DNA of 64,000 nucleotides from Candidatus Daviesbacteria bacterium (GTDB lineage Bacteria > Patescibacteriota > Microgenomatia > Daviesbacterales > UBA10151), in contig JACOXI010000003.1 of the NCBI GenBank assembly GCA_016176335.1, positions 194,477 to 258,476 of the forward strand. The letters are read 5' to 3'. Under the pieces are notes generated by a model. It made no database searches and had not been told where the DNA came from. It saw nothing but the letters and a program-made list of their open reading frames with translations. Numbering within the stretch: the first letter of the stretch is position 1; each line of letters opens with the position of its first letter. Shown here one piece after another: positions 29,274 to 39,112 of this stretch. The position numbers and the translations under genes were made by a program.

Positions 29274-29310
29274 TGAATATCTTATAGTATTATGTGGTAT
29301 AATATAAATT

Positions 29311-31419
29311 ATGGCAAGACGTCGCTCTATTTATAAATTGCCCAAATTAAGATTGAAACAAAAAGCCATTACTGCTGTTGGAGCTTTGGTTGCTTTTGCT
29401 TTATCTATACTTTCTGCAGTTGCGCTAACAACCCATTCCCAAACTCTTGAGTTTTGGAGAAGCTTTTTAACAGATCTTTTCGGTTGGACGAAAATTTTCT
29501 CTCCTTTGGTCTTTTTAACTGCCGGATTTGTTTTAAGCCGAGCCAAATGGAAATTTGCACAAACTAATGTTTTGCTTGGTTTAATATTGATTATTTTATC
29601 TGCCGCCAGTTTGACTTCGCCCGTAAGATTTACAGAGGCCGGATTCTTGGGCCAAACAATTTGGACTCAACTTGAATCCTTTGTCACCAGGCCAGCTGCT
29701 GCGGGGCTTTTGATACTGGCGTTTTTGGTAGGATTGGTGGTTTTGTTTAATACATCCCTGGGCCAAATTTTTAAGATATTTGGCTTAATTTTTGAATTTT
29801 TAAACGGACAGATCATTAAACCGATCTTCCGAAGACCAAGAACTTTTGAGGCAAAGCATATTCCTATTAAGGTGTCAGGGTTGGATGAACGTTCTGCAGT
29901 CAGAGCACATCAGCCTCCTATTCAAAAAGAAAGTATTTTGGTAGATACGCTGGTGCAGAATGTGGCGGGTAAGGCTCAAGTTTGGAAATATCCTCCTTTA
30001 TCCGTGTTATCTGAAAAAGTTGGGTCAGCTGCGGATCGGGGAGATGTCAAGAGAAATGCGGATATTATTGAGAAAACTCTGGATTCGTTTGGGATCCAGG
30101 CAGATGTGGCAGAGGTTAATGGAGGTCCTGCCGTGACTCAATATGCATTAAAGATTTCAGCAGGGACCAAAATTTCCAAGATTGCCAATCTGCAACACGA
30201 TTTGGCTTTGGCTTTGGCAACACCAACTGGAACAGTGCGGATTGAAGCTCCAATTCCGGGAAAATCTTTGGTTGGGATTGAAGTGCCAAATAGATCTTTG
30301 GAGATAGTGGGGCTTAAAGGAATTTTGGGTTCGGATGAGATGGGTAAATACAAATCAAAATTAGCAGTTGCGCTGGGACGCGATACCTCCTCCAAACCGA
30401 TGATTGTTGATTTGGATAAGATGCCGCACGTTTTAGTGGCTGGTACCACCGGATCAGGAAAGTCAGTTCTTTTGAATGCAATTATTGGTTCTCTGCTTTT
30501 TAGAAACTCTCCGGATGAGTTAAAAATAATTATGATTGATCCAAAAAGGGTGGAGTTGACAAACTACAACGGCGTTCCCCACCTGCTAACACCGGTTATC
30601 ACGGAGCCGGAAAAGATCCTGTCATCTTTGAAATGGGCCATGGCTGAAATGGAAAGACGCTATAAATTATTCCAATCTGTGGGGGTCAGAAATATTAGCG
30701 GTTACAACGAACTGTCCGGCTTCCAGGCTTTACCTTATATTGTAATAATAGTTGATGAGTTGGCGGATTTGATGATGTTTGCGCCTGTGGAGATTGAGGA
30801 TGCAATTACCAGAATTGCCCAGCTTGCCAGAGCAACAGGTATGCATCTTGTGGTTGCCACACAAAGGCCTTCTGTTGATGTTATCACAGGTTTGATTAAA
30901 GCCAATATTCCTTGCAGGATCGCTTTTAATGTTTCTTCCATGGTGGATTCAAGGGTAATTTTGGATGGGCCGGGAGCGGAAAAATTATTAGGGCGCGGAG
31001 ATATGTTATTTTTACCTCCTGATGCTTCAAAACCCATGAGAATTCAAGGAGTTTTAGTGCAGGATGAAGAAATAAATAATTTAATAAAATATCTTAAGAA
31101 TACTGGCATTGCTCCGGAGTATACGGCCGAGGTGACAGAAATGCCTTTAGGCAGATGGGGTGGAAGAGGCGGGAGGGAAGGAGATCAGGATGAATTGTTC
31201 GAGGAGGCAGTCAGGACTGTTTGTCAATATGACAGGGCTTCTGCATCATTACTGCAAAGGAGACTTAAAGTCGGGTATGCAAGAGCTGCTAGAATTATCG
31301 ATGAGCTTGAGATGGCAGGGATTGTCGGGGTAGGCGAGGGTAGCAAGCCTAGGGATGTTTTAGTCAAAAATGCCGATGAATACTTTGCTGCCCAATCATC
31401 ATCTACCGGTGAGAGTTAA
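29311..31419 (+). CDS. ftsK: DNA translocase FtsK/SpoIIIE
   Basis: N-terminal TMs, PHVLVAGTTGSGKS, DELADLMM, ATQRPSVDVITG, gamma domain LQRRLKVGYARAAR. Confidence 0.97.
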   Translation: MARRRSIYKLPKLRLKQKAITAVGALVAFALSILSAVALTTHSQTLEFWRSFLTDLFGWTKIFSPLVFLTAGFVLSRAKWKFAQTNVLLGLILIILSAASLTSPVRFTEAGFLGQTIWTQLESFVTRPAAAGLLILAFLVGLVVLFNTSLGQIFKIFGLIFEFLNGQIIKPIFRRPRTFEAKHIPIKVSGLDERSAVRAHQPPIQKESILVDTLVQNVAGKAQVWKYPPLSVLSEKVGSAADRGDVKRNADIIEKTLDSFGIQADVAEVNGGPAVTQYALKISAGTKISKIANLQHDLALALATPTGTVRIEAPIPGKSLVGIEVPNRSLEIVGLKGILGSDEMGKYKSKLAVALGRDTSSKPMIVDLDKMPHVLVAGTTGSGKSVLLNAIIGSLLFRNSPDELKIIMIDPKRVELTNYNGVPHLLTPVITEPEKILSSLKWAMAEMERRYKLFQSVGVRNISGYNELSGFQALPYIVIIVDELADLMMFAPVEIEDAITRIAQLARATGMHLVVATQRPSVDVITGLIKANIPCRIAFNVSSMVDSRVILDGPGAEKLLGRGDMLFLPPDASKPMRIQGVLVQDEEINNLIKYLKNTGIAPEYTAEVTEMPLGRWGGRGGREGDQDELFEEAVRTVCQYDRASASLLQRRLKVGYARAARIIDELEMAGIVGVGEGSKPRDVLVKNADEYFAAQSSSTGES

Positions 31420-31462
31420 TTTCCTCTGGCAAGAAAACAATTAAAGAGCTAGAATTTCCTTC

Positions 31463-32023
31463 ATGGATAAAAATATCTCAGATCTTTTAACAAAGGGAGA
31501 AGTTGGAGTGATCCCTACAGATACTATTTATGGAATTGTCGGGTCTGCTTTAAATCAAGAGACTGTTGAAAGAATATACCAATTAAGGAAAAGGGCAGCT
31601 GATAAACCATTCATAATACTTATTCCATCCATTGAAGATTTGAAAAAGTTTGGGATTCAACTAACTGAAAAACAAAAAGAATTTTTGGAAAAAGTTTGGC
31701 CCAATCCTGTAAGTGTAATTTTGCCAGTTAAAAATGAGAAATTTAACTATCTTCACCGGGGTAAAAATTCTCTGGCATTCAGAATGCCTAAAAATGAGTG
31801 GCTTTTGGACATATTAAAAAGGGTTGGGCCATTAGTTGCACCAAGTGCTAACATTGAAGGACAAAAACCATCTGAAACTATTGATAATGCAAAACAATAT
31901 TTTGGTGACAATGTTGATTTTTATATGGATGGGGATAGAATAGAATCTCAACCGTCAACGCTGATACAACTTACAAGTTACGGTTCATATAATATTTTAA
32001 GACAGGGGACTTTTCAGTTATGA
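31463..32023 (+). CDS. tsaC: Threonylcarbamoyl-AMP synthase (Sua5/YrdC)
   Basis: PTDTIYG, RKR..DKP, WP.P, FRMP, APSAN. Confidence 0.92.
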   Translation: MDKNISDLLTKGEVGVIPTDTIYGIVGSALNQETVERIYQLRKRAADKPFIILIPSIEDLKKFGIQLTEKQKEFLEKVWPNPVSVILPVKNEKFNYLHRGKNSLAFRMPKNEWLLDILKRVGPLVAPSANIEGQKPSETIDNAKQYFGDNVDFYMDGDRIESQPSTLIQLTSYGSYNILRQGTFQL

Positions 32024-32658
32024 GAACTGTCGGACAAGTTTTGAAAGAAGAAAGAGAGAAAAAATTTTATACTCTTGAAGAGGTTGAAAAAGCTACCAAG
32101 ATAAGAAGAGAACTTCTGGAAGCTTTGGAAAGAGGTGAGTATCAAAGACTTCCACCACCAACTTTTATTCAAGGATTTATTAAAAATTACGGTAAATTTT
32201 TGAAATTGGACTCCGTCAAACTTTTGGCAATTTTCAGAAGAGAATTTTCCGATCAAAAACACCCCCCCAAAATTTTGGATTCTTTTTCAAACCCGGTTGA
32301 AAGAGGAAAATTTAAAATAACCCCGGCAAAATTTTTGGCTACCCTAGTTTTAGGATTGGTGATAGTTTTTTTTGCGTACCTTTGGTTTGAATATAGATTT
32401 TTAGTAGGAGCTCCTTTTTTGGAAGTGACAACACCAACTGATCAGATAAGCACGTCAATTTCAAAAGTGCAAGTTTCAGGAAGAACCGAACCTGAAGCAA
32501 AAGTAAAAATTAATGATCAAGAAATTCTGGTTGATCTTTCCGGTAGATTTGTTCAGGAGATTACATTGACAGAAAATGTCAATAATTTGGTTATAACAGC
32601 AACGTCGAAAAGCGGGAAGGTAACTAAGATAGAAAGAACTGTTTTTTTAAGGCAATAA
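32020..32658 (+). CDS. RodZ-like HTH-TM protein with an Ig-like C-terminus
   Basis: VGQVLKEERE...KATKIR..LL.ALE...LPPPTFIQGFIKNY; single TM. Confidence 0.8.
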   Translation: MRTVGQVLKEEREKKFYTLEEVEKATKIRRELLEALERGEYQRLPPPTFIQGFIKNYGKFLKLDSVKLLAIFRREFSDQKHPPKILDSFSNPVERGKFKITPAKFLATLVLGLVIVFFAYLWFEYRFLVGAPFLEVTTPTDQISTSISKVQVSGRTEPEAKVKINDQEILVDLSGRFVQEITLTENVNNLVITATSKSGKVTKIERTVFLRQ

Positions 32659-32679
32659 TTGGTATAGTGTTTGACACCT

Positions 32680-32973
32680 ATGGATTTTTTGCAAATAGCT
32701 CTAATATTTTTAATGCTTTTACTTTCGGTTTTTCTGACAATTACTGGCATCCAGGTATTTTTTATTTTAAGAGATTTAAAAAAAGCTTTGGATAGATTAA
32801 ATAGAGTGTTGCAAACTGGGGAGGAAATTGCCGAAGATTTGGAAAAACCTGTGGCGGCCGCATCCGGGTTGATTACCACTTTGGGAGCTGGAGCTAAGGC
32901 TTTGAGGAATGTGGTTAAAAGAGAAAAGAAAAAAGTCCCTAATAACCGCAGGTTCTACAAAAAAGTTCTTTAA
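32680..32973 (+). CDS. Small membrane protein (DUF948-like)
   Basis: N-terminal TM, coiled coil, basic tail. Confidence 0.55.
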   Translation: MDFLQIALIFLMLLLSVFLTITGIQVFFILRDLKKALDRLNRVLQTGEEIAEDLEKPVAAASGLITTLGAGAKALRNVVKREKKKVPNNRRFYKKVL

Positions 32974-33019
32974 GCTATAATCCGACACTTCTTGTAACGC
33001 GTTGCGTTATAATACCCTC

Positions 33020-34906
33020 ATGGATTCGAAAACTTTAAGAGAGAAATTTCTAAAATTCTTTGAGAATAATGGTCATACCATTATTCCCTCTGCTCCATTG
33101 GTACCATCGGATGAAGAACAATTAGTTGGTAAAGAGAGAGTTTTATTCACTGGTGCAGGCATGCAGCCCCTGATTCCTTACCTTATGGGTAAACTACATC
33201 CAAAAGGAAATAAATTGGCCGATGTGCAAAAGTGTGTAAGAACTGATGATATTGAACAAGTTGGAGATGCAACTCACCATACTTTTTTTGAAATGTTAGG
33301 GAACTGGTCATTAGGAGACTACTGGAAAGATGAAGCAATAAAATTATCGTTTGAATTTTTAACTAAAGAATTGGAAATTCCAATAGAAAAATTAGCAATA
33401 TCTGTTTTTGCTGGAGATGATGATGCGCCTCGTGATGAAGAATCTGTAAAGAAATGGAGAGAACTAGGAATCCCAGAAAAAAGAATTGCTTATTTAGGAA
33501 AAGAAGCAAATTGGTGGCCTACTGGTGAAAAATCAGGTCCATGTGGTCCTGATACGGAAATGTTTATTTGGACAGGAGAAGGTTCCGCGCCAGAAGAATT
33601 TGATCCCAAAAATCCAAAATGGGTAGAGGTTTGGAATGATGTGTTTATGGAATTTAATAGAAAAGAAGATGGAACTTTAGAGGATTTACCACAAAAAAAT
33701 GTAGATACTGGAATGGGGTTGGAGAGAATGTTGGCAGTAATAAATGGTAAAGATAATGATTATCAAACAGATCTTTTTTTAAGTGTAATCAATAATCTTG
33801 AATTATTTTCGGGATACAAATATGGAGAAAATACTGAAGTTGATCAGGCATTTAGAATAATTGCAGACCACATGAAGGCGGCAACCTTCTTAATAAAAGA
33901 TGAAGTTTTACCAAATAATAAATTACAGGGGTATGTATTACGTAGACTGATTAGAAGGGCGGCGGTAAAAAGCAAAAGATACTTCAAATATGACTTAAAT
34001 TTATTAGCGAATCTCTCGAGTAAAATTGTTGCTTTTTACCATGATACTACTGATTATTTTGAATACCAAGATTTAATTAAAATACATAGTATTATATTTC
34101 AAGAGGTCAAAAAGTTTGAGGAATCATTAAGTGCTGGTTTAAGAGAAATAGATAGGCGACTTAATAAATATGATACTCAAGGGGGATGGTTAGATTCTCC
34201 TGAAAATGCAGCAAAATTCGCCTTTGATTTGTATCAGACATATGGATTACCTATGGATGCGTATTTTGATGATGTACTTAAAAAATTTGGTATCGCATAT
34301 GCATGGGGGCAAAAAGAAGACTTATATAAGGAATTTGAAAAATTAAGAAATGAGCATGCAGATCTTTCTAGAAATACTTCTGCCGGAATGTTTAAAGGAG
34401 GACTTGCTGATCATTCGGAAGTTGTTACCAAATATCACACTGCTACTCATCTTTTGCATCAGGCTTTAAGAGACGTATTAGGTCCTGAAGTTTTTCAAAA
34501 GGGATCTAATATAACTAGTGAAAGATTAAGGTTTGATTTTTCTTATGATAAAAAAATGACAGATGATGAGATTAAAAAAACAGAAGATATTATTAACAAA
34601 AGAATTGATGAGGATTTAAAGGTTGACCACATGATTATCCCGCTTGACGAAGCAAAAAAGATGAATGCCATCGGGCTTTTTGATGAAAAGTATGCAGACA
34701 AAGTAAGTATTTATGGTGTCGGCCTTGGCTACGGAATAGATTCACAGGCCAAAGACCAAAGAGATAGAGGTGGGTATTATTCTTTGGAATTTTGTGGTGG
34801 TCCCCATGTGGAGCAAACAGGAACAATTGGAAAAATTAAAATTACCAAAGAAGAAGCAATATCTGCAGGCATTCGCCGAATCAGAGCCCAGATTGTTTCT
34901 TCTTAG
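33020..34906 (+). CDS. alaS: Alanine--tRNA ligase (short form, no C-Ala domain)
   Basis: LFTGAGMQP, HHTFFEMLGNWS, GPCGPDTE, DTGMGLER, editing HTATH and CGGPH; start ATG 33020. Confidence 0.97.
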   Translation: MDSKTLREKFLKFFENNGHTIIPSAPLVPSDEEQLVGKERVLFTGAGMQPLIPYLMGKLHPKGNKLADVQKCVRTDDIEQVGDATHHTFFEMLGNWSLGDYWKDEAIKLSFEFLTKELEIPIEKLAISVFAGDDDAPRDEESVKKWRELGIPEKRIAYLGKEANWWPTGEKSGPCGPDTEMFIWTGEGSAPEEFDPKNPKWVEVWNDVFMEFNRKEDGTLEDLPQKNVDTGMGLERMLAVINGKDNDYQTDLFLSVINNLELFSGYKYGENTEVDQAFRIIADHMKAATFLIKDEVLPNNKLQGYVLRRLIRRAAVKSKRYFKYDLNLLANLSSKIVAFYHDTTDYFEYQDLIKIHSIIFQEVKKFEESLSAGLREIDRRLNKYDTQGGWLDSPENAAKFAFDLYQTYGLPMDAYFDDVLKKFGIAYAWGQKEDLYKEFEKLRNEHADLSRNTSAGMFKGGLADHSEVVTKYHTATHLLHQALRDVLGPEVFQKGSNITSERLRFDFSYDKKMTDDEIKKTEDIINKRIDEDLKVDHMIIPLDEAKKMNAIGLFDEKYADKVSIYGVGLGYGIDSQAKDQRDRGGYYSLEFCGGPHVEQTGTIGKIKITKEEAISAGIRRIRAQIVSS

Positions 34907-34952
34907 GTCATTCCCCGAAGTGCCAATATGTGCTAAGATAACTTTATTCCAT

Positions 34953-37130
34953 ATGAGTTTTTTTGATAGAATTTCTGCTTCAATACCCTTTGGAAAACAA
35001 AAAGAACAACTTGAGTACTATTTTGCCTTGAACATTTCCTTTGAAAGATTAACAGCTGCCCTTTGGACAATTGAAGGAAAAGAATTAAAAATTTTGGATA
35101 CTGCGGATAAATCATACTCCGGAACAGAGCAGATCACACTTGTTGCCGACTCTCTTTTGGATTCGGTTATAGGAACAAAACAGATTGAACCACAAAAAAT
35201 CCTTTTTGGAGTACCCCATTCCTGGCTTGCTGACGATAATTTAAAAGATGAATATTTAAAACTGTTAAGAGGATTAGTCAAGGAATTGGAGCTTACCCCT
35301 ATGGCTTATGTTGCTACAACTTCCGCCATAAACCATCTTTTGGAAACACAAGACGGGATCCCCCAAACAGCGATTTTGATTGGATTTGAAAGAAAGCATC
35401 TGACTGTTACGGTTGTAAGAGCTGGCAAGATTGATGGGGTGAAAATTTTGGAAAGAGGTGATAATTGCGGTGCGGATATAGAAAAAGCACTGCTGACTTT
35501 TACGGACATTGAAACCCTTCCATCAAAAATTTTACTTTTTGGTTTAGATCGGGAAGATCTGGAAAAATTAAAAGGTCAGCTTTTGTCTTTTGCTTGGATG
35601 GCAAAACTGTCTTTTTTACACTTTCCTAAAATAGAAATTCTGCAGGATTCTTTGGAGATAAAAAGTGTTTGTCTGGCCGGAGCAACAGAGCTACAAACTC
35701 ATGTTATCTTCAAAGATAAACTGCTTCAAAAAATTCAAGAAGCAACAATAGAACCTAAAGAGAGATTAGAGAAAGAGACGCCGGAAGGTGACAATTTCGG
35801 ATTTGTTTTGGGGGATGTATCTAAACAAGTTCAAATTAAGGAAGTGGAACGCAAAGAATCACCAGAGGAGGGATTAGATGGGGAAGGTTCAGGGAGCAGT
35901 ATGGAAATTGATGATTTTGAGCCACAAGAAGTTTTATCAGCACAACCTTCTATTTTGGATAAATTTAAACTGACAGTATTGAAAAAATTCATTCCCAAAA
36001 GGAATTATATAGTACACACAATTCTGTTAGGTTTAATTGGGGTGACTGTTGTTTTAGTTGGTGCATATATTCTGCTGGTTAAGGTACAAGTTAAAGTTTT
36101 TGTTGAGCCAAGAATTTTAGAGAAAAATGCTCAAGTTGTTGCTGATCCAAAACAAAAGGAGGTTTTGGAAGATGCAAGGATAATCCCGGGTCAGATCATT
36201 GCAACAGAAGTTTCCGGAACTGCTAAGGATAGTGCCACCGGCAAAAGACAAATTGGGGACCCTGCCAGGGGAACGGTGATCATTAGAAATAAAACTGATG
36301 CAAGTGTAACTTTATCAAAAGGAACAGTTTTTGCTGCTAACAATCAAAGATTTAATTTGGATGTTTCAGTCACTATTGCTTCACGTTCTGCTGATGATGG
36401 AACTTGGGGCCGAGCCAATAGAGAAGTGACTGCCCAAGCAATTGGGGCAGATGGTAATTTGCCATCTGGTACTGATTTAACAATTTCAGGTCACCTAACA
36501 GATCAATTAATTGCTAAATCAGAAGGTAATTTCTCCGGCGGGACTTCTAAAGAAGTGACTGTTGTGTCAAGTGAGGATCAAAAAAGACTTCTGGCGTCTT
36601 TAGCATCAACCTTGCGGAAACAGGCTCAACAAAAGCTACAAGGAGAATTACCAGAGAAAAAGATTTTAGAGGAAGCTTTATCAGAACAAATTTTAAGGAA
36701 AGATTATAACAAAAATGTTAATGATCAAGCCAATGAGTTTTCACTTAATATGGCAACAAGGTTTAAGGGTACGGCCTTTGAAGAAAAGGATTTGAAAAGA
36801 ATTGTTGGGAAACTTGTCACAACCGAGGTTCCGCCAGGCTATGAGTTGAATTTGCAGGATACGGAAACGCAAGCAGATGTTGCCAAACTTGAAACTGATG
36901 GAAGATTGATATTTTTGGCAAAATTTAGAGCAAAAGTTTTGCCTAAACTTGATAAAGACTGGATTAAAAATCAAATAAAAGGGAAAACTATAAATGAAGC
37001 GGCAGCAAGACTTAAAAGCATGGAAAATGTGTTAGGATCCGAGTTTCAAATGAAACCTGCCTTACCAAGTTTCTTGCAGCGTTTGCCGATTCTTTCTCAC
37101 AATATGGAGGTTGAGGTAGGTTTGAAATGA
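34953..37130 (+). CDS. Bitopic membrane protein: possible FtsA/PilM-like N-terminal domain plus baseplate-J-like C-terminal domain
   Basis: One central TM; ARGTVIIRN...LSKGTVF...VTAQAIGADGNL...NFSGG resembles the Baseplate_J/gp47 pattern; start moved to ATG 34953. Confidence 0.6.
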   Translation: MSFFDRISASIPFGKQKEQLEYYFALNISFERLTAALWTIEGKELKILDTADKSYSGTEQITLVADSLLDSVIGTKQIEPQKILFGVPHSWLADDNLKDEYLKLLRGLVKELELTPMAYVATTSAINHLLETQDGIPQTAILIGFERKHLTVTVVRAGKIDGVKILERGDNCGADIEKALLTFTDIETLPSKILLFGLDREDLEKLKGQLLSFAWMAKLSFLHFPKIEILQDSLEIKSVCLAGATELQTHVIFKDKLLQKIQEATIEPKERLEKETPEGDNFGFVLGDVSKQVQIKEVERKESPEEGLDGEGSGSSMEIDDFEPQEVLSAQPSILDKFKLTVLKKFIPKRNYIVHTILLGLIGVTVVLVGAYILLVKVQVKVFVEPRILEKNAQVVADPKQKEVLEDARIIPGQIIATEVSGTAKDSATGKRQIGDPARGTVIIRNKTDASVTLSKGTVFAANNQRFNLDVSVTIASRSADDGTWGRANREVTAQAIGADGNLPSGTDLTISGHLTDQLIAKSEGNFSGGTSKEVTVVSSEDQKRLLASLASTLRKQAQQKLQGELPEKKILEEALSEQILRKDYNKNVNDQANEFSLNMATRFKGTAFEEKDLKRIVGKLVTTEVPPGYELNLQDTETQADVAKLETDGRLIFLAKFRAKVLPKLDKDWIKNQIKGKTINEAAARLKSMENVLGSEFQMKPALPSFLQRLPILSHNMEVEVGLK

Positions 37131-37768
37131 TTACCATACCGAAGATAATATCGTTAAGTTTTCTTTTTCTTGGAGTGTTTATTTTAATACAAGTTGTCAT
37201 GCCGATTGTGTCTTTTGAAGTTTGGGAATTAGGTCAAAAATTTGATAAGGAAACTACTCTGATCAGCCCGCAAAAAGGACAATCGGTATTAGGTGTGTCA
37301 ATTGAAAGCAAGGATAATTTTCCTGCCTTTGTATCCAGTGTAAAAAGAGAAATAGCCCCTTCCTACACACAGTTTAGGATAAATGTTCCAAAATTACAGC
37401 TTTCTGAAATTACGGTTGATGTAGATAGTAATGATTTGACTCGCGGGTTGGTACATCTTCCAGGTTCTGCTTTGCCCGGAGAGAGGGGGAATGTTTTTAT
37501 TTCCGGTCACTCTGCCGTAAGTCCCCTGATTTCTTTGAAGACTGCTTTTTTTGGTAAACTTCAGGATTTAAAAAAGGCAGATAAAATTATTGTTGAGGCG
37601 GAAGGGACAAAATTTACCTATCAAGTTATTGATGTTAGGGCGGTCAACCCGAACGATACCTCGGTCATCAAGCCTCCTGATAAAATGGGAAGGTATATAA
37701 CTTTGATGACTTGTGTTCCTCCAGGGTTAAATTTCAAAAGACTAGTGGTTTTAGGTAAAATTATTTGA
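37127..37768 (+). CDS. Sortase
   Basis: HLPGSALPGE.GNVFISGHS, ITLMTC, RLVV catalytic His/Cys/Arg. Confidence 0.93.
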   Translation: MITIPKIISLSFLFLGVFILIQVVMPIVSFEVWELGQKFDKETTLISPQKGQSVLGVSIESKDNFPAFVSSVKREIAPSYTQFRINVPKLQLSEITVDVDSNDLTRGLVHLPGSALPGERGNVFISGHSAVSPLISLKTAFFGKLQDLKKADKIIVEAEGTKFTYQVIDVRAVNPNDTSVIKPPDKMGRYITLMTCVPPGLNFKRLVVLGKII

Positions 37769-37771
37769 TTC

Positions 37772-38149
37772 ATGAGATATTTAGGAATAGATTTTGGGTT
37801 AAAGAAAATTGGCCTTGCAATTTCGGAAGGAGAACTAGCTGCCCCACTGAAAGTTTTAGAAGCTTCTAATTTTCAAGACGCCTTCAGTAAAATAAAAAAA
37901 GAGGCAGCGGATTTTGATAAAGTTATTATTGGAAAACCCGAAGGGAAAGTGGGCAAAAAAGTTACGAAACTTGTCAGTCTCTTAAAGAAAGAAAGTATGG
38001 ATATAGAGGAGTGGGATGAGACTTTGTCAAGCCAGAAAGCTATGGCATATATGATCCAATCCGGATTAGGAAAAAACAAAAGGAAGATAACGGATGCATA
38101 TTCTGCAGCGATCATTTTACAGGAATATTTGGATGAGAAAAAACATTAA
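37772..38149 (+). CDS. ruvX: YqgF/RuvX pre-16S rRNA nuclease
   Basis: YLGIDFGLKKIGLAIS, WDETLSS, DAYSAAIILQEYL. Confidence 0.93.
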   Translation: MRYLGIDFGLKKIGLAISEGELAAPLKVLEASNFQDAFSKIKKEAADFDKVIIGKPEGKVGKKVTKLVSLLKKESMDIEEWDETLSSQKAMAYMIQSGLGKNKRKITDAYSAAIILQEYLDEKKH

Positions 38150-38155
38150 GATACT

Positions 38156-39112
38156 ATGAAAAAAATAATTGGATCAGCTGTTTTGGTTATCTTGGCAGTA
38201 TTTTTAATTCGTGGTTTTTGGGATAGTCAACTTACTCCCGTGTCATCGGAGAAAGAGACTAAATCTTTTGTAATTACAAAGGGTGGGAGTTTTTCGGAAG
38301 TTTCCAAGAAATTATCGGATGAAGGTTTGATTAAGTCTTCATTTTTCTTTACTTTTTTTGCTAAACAATCAGGTCTTTCGGATAAAATCCAGTCCGGTAC
38401 TTTTAAATTATCTCCCTCAATGTCTGCAGAGGAAATCTTAAAAACAATCACAGGTAATCCTGTAGACGATTGGGTGACCTTGCTTGAAGGATGGAGAATT
38501 GAGGAAATGGCAGAGAAACTCAATTCAGAATTCAGAATTCAGAATTCAGAATTTTTGAAAATTGCCAAGGAAGGATATATGTTTCCTGATACCTATTTGT
38601 TCCCAAAAGATTATTCGGCGGAGCAGATTGCAAAAATTATGATGGATAATTTTGAGAAAAAATATACAGAAGCGCTGCGGACAAAAATTAAGTCTTTGGG
38701 ACTATCTGAAGATCAAGGAGTCATATTGGCATCAATAGTGGAAAGAGAAGCGAGGTCGTATGAGGCAAGAAGGATGGTTGCAAGTATTCTTTTAAAAAGA
38801 CTAAAAATTGGTATGGGGCTTAATGCCGATGCAACAGTACAATATGCCACAGGTTACCAGCCCCAAGAAAAAAGCTGGTGGAAAAGACATTTAACAAAAG
38901 AAGATTTAAGGGTGGAATCACATTACAATACTTATATTTATTCCGGTTTACCGCCGACACCTATTGCAAACCCGTCTTTATCATCTCTTCAGGCAGTTGC
39001 GGATGCAGATTTGTCAATACCGTATCTTTATTATTATCACGATTCAAAAGGCAATTCATATTATGCTAAAACCTTGGATGAACACAACCAAAATATTGCA
39101 AATAACCCCTGA
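38156..39112 (+). CDS. mltG: Endolytic transglycosylase MltG
   Basis: EGYMFPDTY, LASIVERE, L.ADATVQY, YNTY...GLPPTPIANP. Confidence 0.95.
   Translation: MKKIIGSAVLVILAVFLIRGFWDSQLTPVSSEKETKSFVITKGGSFSEVSKKLSDEGLIKSSFFFTFFAKQSGLSDKIQSGTFKLSPSMSAEEILKTITGNPVDDWVTLLEGWRIEEMAEKLNSEFRIQNSEFLKIAKEGYMFPDTYLFPKDYSAEQIAKIMMDNFEKKYTEALRTKIKSLGLSEDQGVILASIVEREARSYEARRMVASILLKRLKIGMGLNADATVQYATGYQPQEKSWWKRHLTKEDLRVESHYNTYIYSGLPPTPIANPSLSSLQAVADADLSIPYLYYYHDSKGNSYYAKTLDEHNQNIANNP
38522..38553 (+). repeat. Perfect 7-mer array in frame inside mltG
   Basis: (AATTCAG)x4 plus AATT; encodes NSEFRIQNSEF. Confidence 0.9.

Noticed and set aside
33020-34906. alaS as a truncated pseudogene
   Set aside because: Aminoacylation and editing motifs are intact; short AlaRS without C-Ala is typical of reduced CPR genomes
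34770-34952. Upstream extensions in the ORF track (34770, 4787, 23524, 53483, 56428, 59825)
   Set aside because: They overlap neighbouring genes or promoters; downstream ATGs fit family N-termini or -10 spacing better
36200-36600. Prophage or contractile injection system suggested by the baseplate-J-like domain
   Set aside because: No sheath, tube, spike, terminase or integrase genes; the protein has a TM and housekeeping neighbours
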